The translations under genes and the position numbers were made by a program. Source: Sinorhizobium meliloti (GTDB lineage Bacteria; Pseudomonadota; Alphaproteobacteria; Rhizobiales; Rhizobiaceae). Taken from it: 32,000 bases of DNA. How positions within the stretch are numbered: position 1 is the stretch's first letter; the number at the start of each line of letters is the position of its first letter. Shown here piece after piece: positions 17,622-25,960 of this stretch. The notes under the pieces are model-generated. The model had not been told where the DNA came from, did not search any database, and saw only the letters and a program-made list of their open reading frames with translations. The stretch spans positions 2,610,001 through 2,642,000 of the forward strand of contig NZ_JAGIOS010000001.1 of the NCBI RefSeq assembly GCF_017876815.1, written 5' to 3'.

Positions 17622-19160
17622 ATGACGACGACAGGAGACAAGCACGTGAGTTCCGAAACCGGCACATACGACCTTTTCGTCATCGGCGGCGGCATCAACG
17701 GGGCGGGCATTGCCCGCGACGCGGCAGGGCGGGGGCTCTCGGTCCTCCTCTGCGAGAAGGACGATCTGGCGCAGGGCACGAGTTCCCGCTCCGGCAAGCT
17801 CGTCCATGGCGGCTTACGCTACCTCGAATATTACGAGTTCCGCCTGGTGCGCGAAGCCCTGATCGAGCGCGAGGTTCTGCTGGAATCCGCACCTCACATC
17901 ATCTGGCCGATGCGTTTCGTGCTGCCGCACAATCCCGCCGACCGGCCGGCCTGGCTCGTGCGGCTCGGCCTCTTCCTCTACGATCACCTGGGCGGCCGCA
18001 AGCGTCTCCCCGGCACGCGGGTGCTCAACCTGCGCACGGCCCCGGAAGGCGCTGCGATCAAGCCGGCCTATCGCAAGGCCTTCGAATATTCCGACTGTTG
18101 GGTGGACGATGCCCGACTCGTGGTGTTGAACGCGCTCGACGCGAAAAAGAAAGGCGCCCGGATACTGACCCGCACCGCCTGCACCAGTATTCGCCGGCGC
18201 GGCGACCTCTGGCACGTCGAGATGACCGATGCGGAGACCGGCGCGAAGACGGAGGCCAAGGCGCGCTGCGTGGTCAACACCGCCGGGCCTTGGGTCAACG
18301 ACGTGATCGGCCGGGTTGCCGGACTGAATTCGAGCCGCAGCGTGCGCCTCGTCAAGGGCAGCCACATCGTCGTGCCGAAGTTCTGGGAGGGGCGGCAAGC
18401 CTATCTCGTCCAGAACCCAGACAAGCGCGTGATTTTCATCAATCCCTATCAGAACGATCTGGCGCTGATCGGCACCACGGATATTCCCTATGACGGGCGG
18501 CCTGAGGACGTCACGGCCGACGAAAACGAGGTCGCCTACCTCCTGAAATCGGTGAACCGCTATTTCAAGCAGCAATTGGCGCCGGGCGACATCCTTCACA
18601 GCTTCTCGGGTGTGCGTCCGCTTTACGACGACAATGCCGAAAATCCGTCGGCGGTGACACGCGACTATATTTTCGAGCTCGACGCCGCCGGGAAGGAAGC
18701 GCCGCTGCTCTCGGTGTTCGGCGGCAAGATCACGACCTTCCGCAAGCTCTCCGAGCACGCGCTCGAACGGTTGAGGCCTTTCTTTCCCACGATGGGCCCG
18801 GCCTGGACGGCGCGTGCGCATCTACCGGGCGGCGACATGGCGGATGCGGATTTCGACCAGTTCCTCGGCGAACTGCGCGCGCGCTACCGATGGCTGCCGG
18901 CGGACCTCGCCAAGCACTACGCCCGGCTTTACGGCACGCGGGCGCATGATCTGATCGGCGGCGCCACCTCGCTCGACGAGCTTGGAACGGCGTTCACCCC
19001 GCTCTTCCGGGAGCGGGAAGCCCGCTTCCTCATAGAGAATGAATGGGCGCGCACGGCGGAGGACCTGATCGAGCGGCGCACGAAGCACGGCCTGCACATG
19101 AGCGAAGCCGAGAAGCGGGCCTTCAGCGGCTGGTTCGAAGGCCAGCAGGCTGCGGCGTGA
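17622..19160 (+). CDS. eryB: FAD-dependent glycerol-3-phosphate dehydrogenase-like oxidoreductase (erythritol-phosphate dehydrogenase EryB-like)
   Basis: In frame with track ORF 17571..19160. Has YDLFVIGGGINGAGIARDAAGRG FAD dinucleotide motif and GlpD-like length. Start is ATG 17622, or more likely GTG 17646 (AGGAGA 8 nt upstream). Confidence 0.85.
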   Translation: MTTTGDKHVSSETGTYDLFVIGGGINGAGIARDAAGRGLSVLLCEKDDLAQGTSSRSGKLVHGGLRYLEYYEFRLVREALIEREVLLESAPHIIWPMRFVLPHNPADRPAWLVRLGLFLYDHLGGRKRLPGTRVLNLRTAPEGAAIKPAYRKAFEYSDCWVDDARLVVLNALDAKKKGARILTRTACTSIRRRGDLWHVEMTDAETGAKTEAKARCVVNTAGPWVNDVIGRVAGLNSSRSVRLVKGSHIVVPKFWEGRQAYLVQNPDKRVIFINPYQNDLALIGTTDIPYDGRPEDVTADENEVAYLLKSVNRYFKQQLAPGDILHSFSGVRPLYDDNAENPSAVTRDYIFELDAAGKEAPLLSVFGGKITTFRKLSEHALERLRPFFPTMGPAWTARAHLPGGDMADADFDQFLGELRARYRWLPADLAKHYARLYGTRAHDLIGGATSLDELGTAFTPLFREREARFLIENEWARTAEDLIERRTKHGLHMSEAEKRAFSGWFEGQQAAA

Positions 19161-19173
19161 GAAGGAAGAATTG

Positions 19174-20229
19174 ATGTTGCGAAGCTCCGAATTCGAAGCG
19201 CTTCTCGATCTGTCGGCGCGTGTCGGCGCCGATCCGGATCTCGTCCAGGGCGCGGGCGGCAATACCTCGATCAAGGAGGGTGGAACCCTCTGGATCAAGG
19301 CTTCCGGCCTGTGGCTTGCCCATGCCCGTCGGCGCGACGTGATGGTGCCGGTCGCGCTCGACCCGCTGCTCGACGCGCTGGAGCGGGACGACCCGGCGAC
19401 GGAGAAGGCGCAGGATTTCGTCGTTAGGGATCTGAACCCCTCGGGCCTTAGGCCGTCGATCGAAACCACGGTCCACGCGCTGATGCCGCAGAAGGTGGTG
19501 GTGCACGTTCATTGCGTCGAGACGATCGCGACCGCCGTTCGCGCCGACGCGGCGGCGATTGCCGGGGAGAAGCTTCAGGGCATTCCCTACGCCTTCGTTC
19601 CCTATGCCAGGCCGGGGTTGCCGCTCGCCAAGGCAATTGCCGAGCGGATTCAGGCGGACACCTCGGTCCTGGTGCTCGGAAATCACGGGCTCGCCGTCGC
19701 CGCCGAGACGGTCGGGGACGCGGCGCGTCTTCTCGCAGAGGTATCCCAACGCTTTGCCGTGCCGGTGCGGCAGGCGCCTTCCGCCGACCTGGAGGCGCTG
19801 TCGCGCCTTGCGGTCAACAGCGCCTATCGGTTGCCCGACGACGGGCGGATCCACGATGCCGCGACCGACCTCGAAAGCTGCAGAATTGCCGCCGGAGGCA
19901 GCCTCTATCCGGACCACGTGATCTTTCTCGGCAAGGGATCGGTTGTCGCGGCTCCGGGAGAAAACGCGCTCTCTCTCGAAGAGGGCTTCCGTCGCGCCGG
20001 AGAGAGCCTGCCGCCGGTCCTTCTCTTTCCCGGCAAGGGCGCCTTGGTGCTCAAGGATATTTCGGCCGGCGCGCTCGCCATGGCGCACTGCCTTTCGGAC
20101 GTGACGGCGCGAATCCCGGACGGTGCAAGTCTGCGCTATCTCACCGATGCGGAAAACGCGGAACTTCTCGGCTGGGACGCGGAAAAATACCGCCAGCAGC
20201 TGAACCGTGCAGGGCAGGTGCTGCAATGA
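19174..20229 (+). CDS. class II aldolase/adducin-fold protein (about 350 aa, resembles the N-terminal domain of rhizobial rhamnulose-1-P aldolase/dehydrogenase fusions); function unknown
   Basis: Track ORF starts at TTG 19171; ATG 19174 lies 5 nt after GAAGGAAG. Motifs: GAGGNTSIK, VVVHVHCVE and VLVLGNHGLAV (HxH ... H metal triad pattern of class II aldolases/epimerases). Confidence 0.7.
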   Translation: MLRSSEFEALLDLSARVGADPDLVQGAGGNTSIKEGGTLWIKASGLWLAHARRRDVMVPVALDPLLDALERDDPATEKAQDFVVRDLNPSGLRPSIETTVHALMPQKVVVHVHCVETIATAVRADAAAIAGEKLQGIPYAFVPYARPGLPLAKAIAERIQADTSVLVLGNHGLAVAAETVGDAARLLAEVSQRFAVPVRQAPSADLEALSRLAVNSAYRLPDDGRIHDAATDLESCRIAAGGSLYPDHVIFLGKGSVVAAPGENALSLEEGFRRAGESLPPVLLFPGKGALVLKDISAGALAMAHCLSDVTARIPDGASLRYLTDAENAELLGWDAEKYRQQLNRAGQVLQ

Positions 20230-21509
20230 GCGGGCAGGGCAAGCTCGTTCTCGGAATCGACCTTGGCACGTCCGGTGCGCGTGCCGTGGCGATGACAGCT
20301 GCAGGCGAGATCGTCGCATCGGGCGCAGCCAGGCTTACCGCCTTTTCCGATGACCATCGCGATCCGCTCGGCTGGTGGAAGGCGGTTCAGGCCGCGCTTG
20401 CGCAGGCACTCGAAGCGATCGACGGCTCGCATATATGTGCGGTCGGCATCGACGGCACGTCGGGCACCATGCTCCCGGTCGCTGCGGACGGCGCGCCGCT
20501 CGCGACGCCGCTCATGTATAACGACCCGGTCGGCGACACCGCCATTCTGGAGCGCATCGCCGTCCATGCGCCCAAGGAGAGCGCCGCGCATGGCGCGACC
20601 TCGGGGCTCGCCAAGCTGCTGACCTTCCAGTCGCTCCCGGAGGTCTTCCGTGTCATTCATCAGGCCGACTGGATTGCCGGCCATTTCACCGGGCTTTATG
20701 ACATCAGCGACGAAAACAACGCGCTGAAGACCGGCTACGATCCCGTTGCCCGCAACTGGCCGGAATGGCTTGCGCGGACCGGCGCGCGTATCGATCTTCT
20801 ACCCGATGTTTTGCCGGCGGGGGCGCCGGTCGCGACGATCTCGCCTGCCGCGGCGGAAGCCTTCGGCCTGCCGAGCGAAACCGTTATCGTCGCGGGTACG
20901 ACGGATGGCTGCGCTTCTTTCCTTGCGACCGGGGCTGACCGGCCGGGTGACGCCGTAAGTGCGCTGGGCACGACGCTGACTGTGAAGATGCTCTCCGACA
21001 AGCCGCTCTTTGCCCCGGAATTCGGGCTCTACAGCCACCGGATCGGCGACATGTGGCTTGCCGGCGGCGCCTCCAACACAGGCGGCGCGGTTCTCGCCGC
21101 GCATTTCAGCAACGATCGGATCGCCGAGCTTTCGGAGCAAATCGATCCGGCGAGCGACACGGGCCTCGACTTCTATCCGCTGCTGAAACCCGGCGAGCGG
21201 TTCCCGGTGGCCGATCCCGCCTTCATGCCGCGCATGGAACCGCGCCCGACGGAGGACGCCGAATTCCTGAAGGCGATCTTCGAGGGCATCGCGGGCGTCG
21301 AGCGTCTTGCTTATGAGCGGCTCGTATCCCTCGGCAGCCCGGCCCTGGGCTCGATCCGCACCGTCGGCGGCGGCGCGAAGAACGGGGTGTGGACCGAAAT
21401 CCGAAAACGGAGGCTCGTCGTTCCCTTCCTGCCGGTGCTATCGGAGGAGGCTGCTGCCGGCGCCGCTCGCCTGGCGCTTTCCGGAGCGAAAGAGGCGGGC
21501 GTGCTATGA
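20226..21509 (+). CDS. short FGGY-family sugar kinase (D-ribulokinase-like, about 427 aa)
   Basis: In frame with track ORF 19512..21509. ATG 20226 overlaps the upstream stop (ATGA). Has LVLGIDLGTSGARAV, GIDGTSGT and TVGGGAKN actin-fold motifs. The size class matches the about 426-aa D-ribulokinase subgroup of FGGY kinases (recollection). Confidence 0.75.
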   Translation: MSGQGKLVLGIDLGTSGARAVAMTAAGEIVASGAARLTAFSDDHRDPLGWWKAVQAALAQALEAIDGSHICAVGIDGTSGTMLPVAADGAPLATPLMYNDPVGDTAILERIAVHAPKESAAHGATSGLAKLLTFQSLPEVFRVIHQADWIAGHFTGLYDISDENNALKTGYDPVARNWPEWLARTGARIDLLPDVLPAGAPVATISPAAAEAFGLPSETVIVAGTTDGCASFLATGADRPGDAVSALGTTLTVKMLSDKPLFAPEFGLYSHRIGDMWLAGGASNTGGAVLAAHFSNDRIAELSEQIDPASDTGLDFYPLLKPGERFPVADPAFMPRMEPRPTEDAEFLKAIFEGIAGVERLAYERLVSLGSPALGSIRTVGGGAKNGVWTEIRKRRLVVPFLPVLSEEAAAGAARLALSGAKEAGVL

Positions 21510-22351
21510 GCGTCGTCCGGGAAATTCCAGCCCTCTCTGCGGTCGCAGACGCATATGATGCCTTCCTCGTGGATCAATACGGAGTGCTGAGAGACGGGCG
21601 CGGACCCTATCCGGGTGCGGCGGAAACGCTTGTCCGCCTCAAGCAGGCCGGAAAGCGGGTCATCATCCTCTCCAATTCCGGCAAGCGCTCGGCCGAGAAC
21701 GACCGGCGGCTGGAGGCGCTCGGTTTCGAGGGCGGAAGCTGGGACTGGTTCCTGACCTCGGGGGAGGTTGCCTGGCAGCTCTTGAAACGAGAGGCCGAAG
21801 GCGAGGGTGGCGCAGCGCGCAAATGCCTTCTGATCAGCCGCGATGGCGATCAGTCGCCGCTCAAGGGGCTGAACCTCGTCCGCACCGAGAGCGGTGAGGA
21901 TGCCGACATCGTGCTGCTGGCGGGGAGCGAGGGCGATATCCATCCGCTTTCCTATTACGAAGATCTGCTGGGCCCGGCGGCCCGGCGGGGCATCCCGTGC
22001 CTCTGCACGAATCCGGACAAGGTGATGCTGACGAGGAGCGGCCCGGCCTTCGGCGCCGGTCGCATCGCCGAGCTTTACGAAGAGCTGGGCGGTCCCGTCC
22101 GCTGGATCGGGAAGCCGTTTGCCGACATCTACGACTTCGCGCTCGATTTTCTCGGGCGGCCGGACCCGCGGCGCGTCTGTGCCATAGGCGATAGCGTCGA
22201 GCATGACATCGCCGGGGCTGCGGCGGCCGGGCTCGGCTCGGTGCTCGTCGCCACCGGCATTCTCGAGCACCGGTCGGACGCGGAGCGCCGGCAACTCTTC
22301 CGGGAGCACGGCGCGAGCCCCGATTTCATCCTCCCGAAATTCCTCTGGTAG
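21506..22351 (+). CDS. HAD-superfamily subfamily IIA hydrolase (TIGR01459-like)
   Basis: In frame with track ORF 21389..22351. ATG 21506 overlaps the kinase stop (ATGA). Motif I is FLVDQYGVL, motif II ILSNSGK, motif III GKP and motif IV AIGDSVEHDI. Confidence 0.8.
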   Translation: MSVVREIPALSAVADAYDAFLVDQYGVLRDGRGPYPGAAETLVRLKQAGKRVIILSNSGKRSAENDRRLEALGFEGGSWDWFLTSGEVAWQLLKREAEGEGGAARKCLLISRDGDQSPLKGLNLVRTESGEDADIVLLAGSEGDIHPLSYYEDLLGPAARRGIPCLCTNPDKVMLTRSGPAFGAGRIAELYEELGGPVRWIGKPFADIYDFALDFLGRPDPRRVCAIGDSVEHDIAGAAAAGLGSVLVATGILEHRSDAERRQLFREHGASPDFILPKFLW

Positions 22352-22364
22352 CAAGGAGCCGGCA

Positions 22365-23303
22365 ATGGCCTTCACGCTGTCGCTCAACACCAATCCTCTG
22401 GTCAACCGCTTTGCCGAGGCGGACGACCTGATCGATACCATCGCCGAGAAGATCCGTATCGGTCATGTCCAGCTCACCCATGAATTCGTCAATCCCGGCT
22501 GGCCGGCGGCGACGATCAACAAGACGCTCCGGCAGTTTCGAACGGCGCTCGGCCGTACCGGCGTGAAGATCACCTCCGGCATGACAGGCCCCTATGGCCG
22601 TCTCAATCATTTCGGACATCCCGACGCGGACGTCCGGCGCTATTATGTCGACTGGTTCAAGACCTTCGCCGATATCTCCGCCGAGCTCGGCGCTTCCGGC
22701 ATGGGTACGCAATTCGCGATCTTCACGCTCAGGGATTATCACGACCCTGCGCGTCGGGAAGAACTGATGACGATCGCCATCGAATGCTGGCGCGAGGTGG
22801 CGGAGCACGCCAAGGCCGCGGGCCTTTCCTATGTCTTCTGGGAGCCGATGTCGGTCGGCCGCGAGTTCGGCCACACGATCGAGGAGTGCAGGGCACTCGA
22901 CCGGCGTCTGGCGGCAGCCGACCTGCCGATCCCGATGAGGATGATGGTCGACATCGACCATGGCGACGTCACATCGCCGAACGCCGCCGATGTCGATCCC
23001 TATGCCTGGGCGGAGGCCTTTCCGCGGCAGTCGCCGATCATCCACGTCAAGCAGTCCTCGATGAACAAGGGCGGACACTGGCCCTTCACGGCCGTCTACA
23101 ACAAGGACGGCAGGATCACGCCCGAGCGACTGCTCGACGCCGTCAGGAGGGGAGGCGGCACGGACAACGAGATCTGCCTCGAACTCTCCTTCCGCGAACG
23201 TGAACCGACCGACCGCAACGTGGTGGAGATGATCCGGGAGTCTGTTGAATTCTGGGAGCCGTTTATCGACACCGGATTCAATGCTTCGAAATATCACATG
23301 TGA
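22365..23303 (+). CDS. eryC: xylose-isomerase-like TIM-barrel protein (EryC-like tetrulose-4-phosphate racemase)
   Basis: In frame with track ORF 22203..23303. ATG 22365 lies 6 nt after AAGGAG. 312 aa starting MAFTLSLNTNPLVNRF. Size and locus position fit EryC. Confidence 0.75.
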   Translation: MAFTLSLNTNPLVNRFAEADDLIDTIAEKIRIGHVQLTHEFVNPGWPAATINKTLRQFRTALGRTGVKITSGMTGPYGRLNHFGHPDADVRRYYVDWFKTFADISAELGASGMGTQFAIFTLRDYHDPARREELMTIAIECWREVAEHAKAAGLSYVFWEPMSVGREFGHTIEECRALDRRLAAADLPIPMRMMVDIDHGDVTSPNAADVDPYAWAEAFPRQSPIIHVKQSSMNKGGHWPFTAVYNKDGRITPERLLDAVRRGGGTDNEICLELSFREREPTDRNVVEMIRESVEFWEPFIDTGFNASKYHM

Positions 23304-23351
23304 ATGTAACAAAATCCCAGATTTGAGTTGAAAAATAACATAAGAATGTTA
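23304..23351 (+). promoter_or_regulatory. AT-rich region with ATGTWAC half-sites (candidate operator/promoter of eryR-tpiB-rpiB)
   Basis: Perfect palindrome TAACAT-AAGA-ATGTTA at 23336-23351, plus a third half-site ATGTAACA at 23304-23311. Located 46 bp upstream of eryR. Confidence 0.35.
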
Positions 23352-23396
23352 CCTTTCCCTTGGGGCAGCGGAGGCTGCACCTGACGGGACGATACG

Positions 23397-24182
23397 ATGA
23401 AACCGGAAGACAGACGCCAGGCGATCATGGATGTTCTGATGGAGGCTGGGACAGCCTCCGTCGAGGAACTCGCCCTTCGCTTCGGCGTCAGCAAGATGAC
23501 GGTTCATCGGGACCTTGACGATCTCGAGCAGGCGGGGCTCCTGCGGAAGGTCCATGGCGGCGCTTCCATTCAGTCGAGCCCGCAATTTGAAAGCGATTTC
23601 CGGTACCGTGAAAAGATCGCGACCGGCGAGAAGCGCCGCCTTGCGCAACATGCGGCGACGCTGATCGAGCCCGGCCAGAGCATCATCATCGACGACAGCT
23701 CGACGGCCGGCGCGATCGCAGGGTTTGTCAGGGATATTCGCCCGCTCACCGTCATCACCAACAATCTCGGCGTCATTGCCGATCTTTCGGGAGCACCGGG
23801 CATCAACCTGATCGCGCTCGGCGGTCATTACAGCAAGAAATTCAACGGCTTTTTCGGTGTCGTCACCGAGGAGGCGCTGCGCTCGCTGCGCGCCGACGTG
23901 GCCTTCCTGTCGAGTTCGGCCATCGAGGGCGCATCAGCTTTCCACCAGGATCAGGAGGTCGTGCAGATCAAGCGCCAAATGGTGAAATCCGCCAGCCGCA
24001 AATATCTCCTGGTGGACCACGGCAAGTTCGGCCGCTCGGCCCTGCATTTTCTGACGGGGCTCACGGCCTTCGATGCGGTGCTGACCGGAAACGAAGTGTC
24101 CGAGGGGAATGCGGCGGCGCTCGGTGACGCCGGCGTCAAGCTCGTCAGGATCGACGTCAGGAAAATATTGGAGAACGCATGA
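23397..24182 (+). CDS. eryR: DeoR-family transcriptional regulator
   Basis: 261 aa. N-terminal DeoR HTH (RRQAIMDVLMEAGTASVEELALRFGVSKMTVHRDLDDLEQAGLLRKVHGGA) plus a C-terminal sugar-phosphate sensor domain. Confidence 0.85.
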   Translation: MKPEDRRQAIMDVLMEAGTASVEELALRFGVSKMTVHRDLDDLEQAGLLRKVHGGASIQSSPQFESDFRYREKIATGEKRRLAQHAATLIEPGQSIIIDDSSTAGAIAGFVRDIRPLTVITNNLGVIADLSGAPGINLIALGGHYSKKFNGFFGVVTEEALRSLRADVAFLSSSAIEGASAFHQDQEVVQIKRQMVKSASRKYLLVDHGKFGRSALHFLTGLTAFDAVLTGNEVSEGNAAALGDAGVKLVRIDVRKILENA

Positions 24183-24946
24183 GCAAGTCTGGTCTCTGGG
24201 TCGGCACGAGCTGGAAGATGAACAAGACGCTGGCCGAGGCAATGGTCTTCGCCGACGGTCTTGCTGCCGCCGACGATGCGCGCGATCAGCGGATACAGCG
24301 CTTCGTCATTCCTCCGTTCACCGCCGCGCGGCAGGTGAAGGAAAGGCTTAAGGCGACGAGCGTCAAGGTCGGTGCGCAGAACATGCACTGGGACGATGCC
24401 GGCGCCTGGACCGGCGAAATTTCCCCGGTCATGCTGAGCGATTGCGATCTCGACATCGTCGAGCTCGGCCACAGCGAGCGGCGGGAGCATTTCGGCGAGA
24501 CCGACCGCACCGTGGGCTTGAAGACGGCAGCCGCCGTCAAGCATGGGCTCGTGCCGTTGATCTGCATCGGCGAAACTCTCGCGCAACGCGAAGCGGGCGA
24601 GGCGGATACTGTCCTGAAGCGCCAGGTGGAAGGCGCCTTTGCCTTTCTCGAAGGCGCGGCGCGGAAGGCGCCCGTTCTTCTGGCTTACGAGCCCGTCTGG
24701 GCGATCGGCGTCAACGGCATACCGGCGACCGCCGACTATGCGGACGCCCGCCATCGCCTCATTGGCGAAGTCGCCGAGCGTGCACTCGGCGTGAAGGTTC
24801 CGGTGCTCTATGGCGGCAGCGTCAATCCTCAGAACTGCGAGGAATTGATCCTCCAACCCCATATCGACGGGCTCTTCATCGGCCGCTCCGCCTGGGACGT
24901 CGGCGGCTATCTCGACATTTTGCAACGCGTAGCCCGGGCGATCTGA
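24179..24946 (+). CDS. tpiB: triosephosphate isomerase paralogue (TpiB / EryH-type tetrulose-phosphate isomerase)
   Basis: 255 aa. Has WKMN, LGHSERR and [12 protein letters not shown] signatures. ATGA overlap with eryR. Confidence 0.9.
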   Translation: MSKSGLWVGTSWKMNKTLAEAMVFADGLAAADDARDQRIQRFVIPPFTAARQVKERLKATSVKVGAQNMHWDDAGAWTGEISPVMLSDCDLDIVELGHSERREHFGETDRTVGLKTAAAVKHGLVPLICIGETLAQREAGEADTVLKRQVEGAFAFLEGAARKAPVLLAYEPVWAIGVNGIPATADYADARHRLIGEVAERALGVKVPVLYGGSVNPQNCEELILQPHIDGLFIGRSAWDVGGYLDILQRVARAI

Positions 24947-24983
24947 GTTGCCGGGCAACAACACCTTAGGGAAAGGAAACGAC

Positions 24984-25421
24984 ATGAAAATCGCGATTGG
25001 AGCCGACAGCGCCGGCAAGCCCCTGCTCGACGTCATCGCCGCGCATCTCGCCAAGAGAAGCGATCTCGAAGTCAAGGACCTGAGTCAGACCGGCTACTAT
25101 GCCGATCTCTCCCGCGATCTGGCGCAGACGATCACGGCCGGCGAAAACGAACGCGGTATTCTGATCTGCGGCACCGGCATCGGCGTGTGCATCTCGGCCA
25201 ACAAGGTGCCCGGCATCCGCGCCGCGCTGACCCACGACACCTATTCCGCCGAGCGGGCGGCCAAATCCAACAACGCCCAGATCATCACCATGGGCGCGCG
25301 CGTCATCGGCCCGGAACTGGCGAAATCGATCGTCGATACGTGGCTCGCCTCCGAGTTCGACCCCAACGGTCCCTCGGCGGCAAATGTCGAAGCGATCGAC
25401 CGCCTGGATCAGGCGAAGTAA
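24984..25421 (+). CDS. rpiB: RpiB/LacA/LacB-family sugar-phosphate isomerase (RpiB / EryI-type)
   Basis: In frame with track ORF 24948..25421. Start ATG 24984 ([14 protein letters not shown]). [16 protein letters not shown] active-site region. Confidence 0.9.
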   Translation: MKIAIGADSAGKPLLDVIAAHLAKRSDLEVKDLSQTGYYADLSRDLAQTITAGENERGILICGTGIGVCISANKVPGIRAALTHDTYSAERAAKSNNAQIITMGARVIGPELAKSIVDTWLASEFDPNGPSAANVEAIDRLDQAK

Positions 25422-25477
25422 CGGTCGCGAATTCTGCGGGGCATGCTGATCCTCCCTCATGCGCACGCAGCGAGACG

Positions 25478-25503
25478 CCCGGCAGCAATGCCGGGTGTTT
25501 TCG
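25478..25503 (+). terminator. rho-independent terminator candidate after rpiB
   Basis: CCCGGCA-GCAA-TGCCGGG (7-bp stem, 4-nt loop) followed by TGTTTTCG, 57 nt after the rpiB stop. Confidence 0.6.
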
Positions 25504-25540
25504 TCTGGGGGGCGGTGTGCCGGGTGCTCCCCGTTTTGAC

Positions 25541-25953
25541 GCTACGGCATGCACATATCTCTTGTTGTCCGGCCCTTCGCGGATTTACTCCGGAGTGGCC
25601 GCATCTGTATTTCCAGCAGTGGCGAGGCTTGGGGATGGGTCCTTGGGATCAAACCCGTATGCGCTAACATTGGCATTAGCGGTCACCCGCCCCTCATCCG
25701 CCTGCCGGCACCTTCTCCCCGCAGGCGGGGAGAAGGGACAAGCGGCGCCAACTGAACCCCGCATTCACCGTCCGCCCGAGGGAGCGAGCGGGCGCGGCAT
25801 ATCCCTTCTCCCCGCCTGCGGGGAGAAGGTGGCGGCAGCCGGTTGAGGGGCAATCCCGACCGAGCGAGGTTGAGGCGGTTGGGTTCCCGAGGGATCCCTT
25901 TCATGAGCAGTATCCGCCGCACCGGCGCGCAAGAGATATGTGCATGCCGTAGC
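25541..25953. repeat. 413-bp non-coding element bounded by 24-bp perfect inverted repeats (MITE-like / mosaic palindrome)
   Basis: GCTACGGCATGCACATATCTCTTG at 25541-25564 is the exact reverse complement of 25930-25953. The arms continue as degenerate inverted repeats. No credible ORF. Carries RIME composite copy b internally. Confidence 0.7.
25689..25851. repeat. RIME/Sm-repeat-like palindromic mosaic element (copy b)
   Basis: Left arm: GCCCCTCATCCGCCTGCCGGCA-CCTTCTCCCCGCAGGCGGGGAGAAGG. Right arm: CCTTCTCCCCGCCTGCGGGGAGAAGG-TGGCGGCAGCCGGTTGAGGGGC. Two hairpins with inverted tails. Shares GCGGCATATCCCTTCTCCCC with copy a. Confidence 0.85.
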
Positions 25954-25960
25954 ATTTTTG

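Noticed and set aside
15839-17797. 652-aa minus-strand ORF spanning three plus-strand genes
   Set aside because: It crosses three well-supported, translationally coupled plus-strand CDSs (2-hydroxyacid dehydrogenase, FucA-like aldolase, eryB start). Its composition is Arg/Gly/His/Asp-rich without domain motifs.
194-22364. N-terminal extensions in the ORF track (194-433, 11134-11226, 12913-13203, 17571-17621, 19512-20225, 21389-21505, 22203-22364, 24948-24983)
   Set aside because: The extensions overlap the preceding gene in another frame and have Arg/Pro-rich composition. Internal starts coincide with RBSs or ATGA/TGATG stop-start overlaps and with family-typical N-termini.
11146-25075. Other long antisense or out-of-frame ORFs (11146..12120-, 12005..13105-, 13153..14310-, 14391..15473-, 17814..18821-, 19123..20319-, 21311..22441-, 22326..23312-, 23951..25075-, plus 382..1440+, 7562..8344- and 29727..30713+)
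   Set aside because: Each overlaps a motif-supported gene on the other strand or frame. All have the biased Arg/Ala/Gly/Pro/Asp composition of non-coding frames in GC-rich DNA, and none has a plausible RBS with a family signature.
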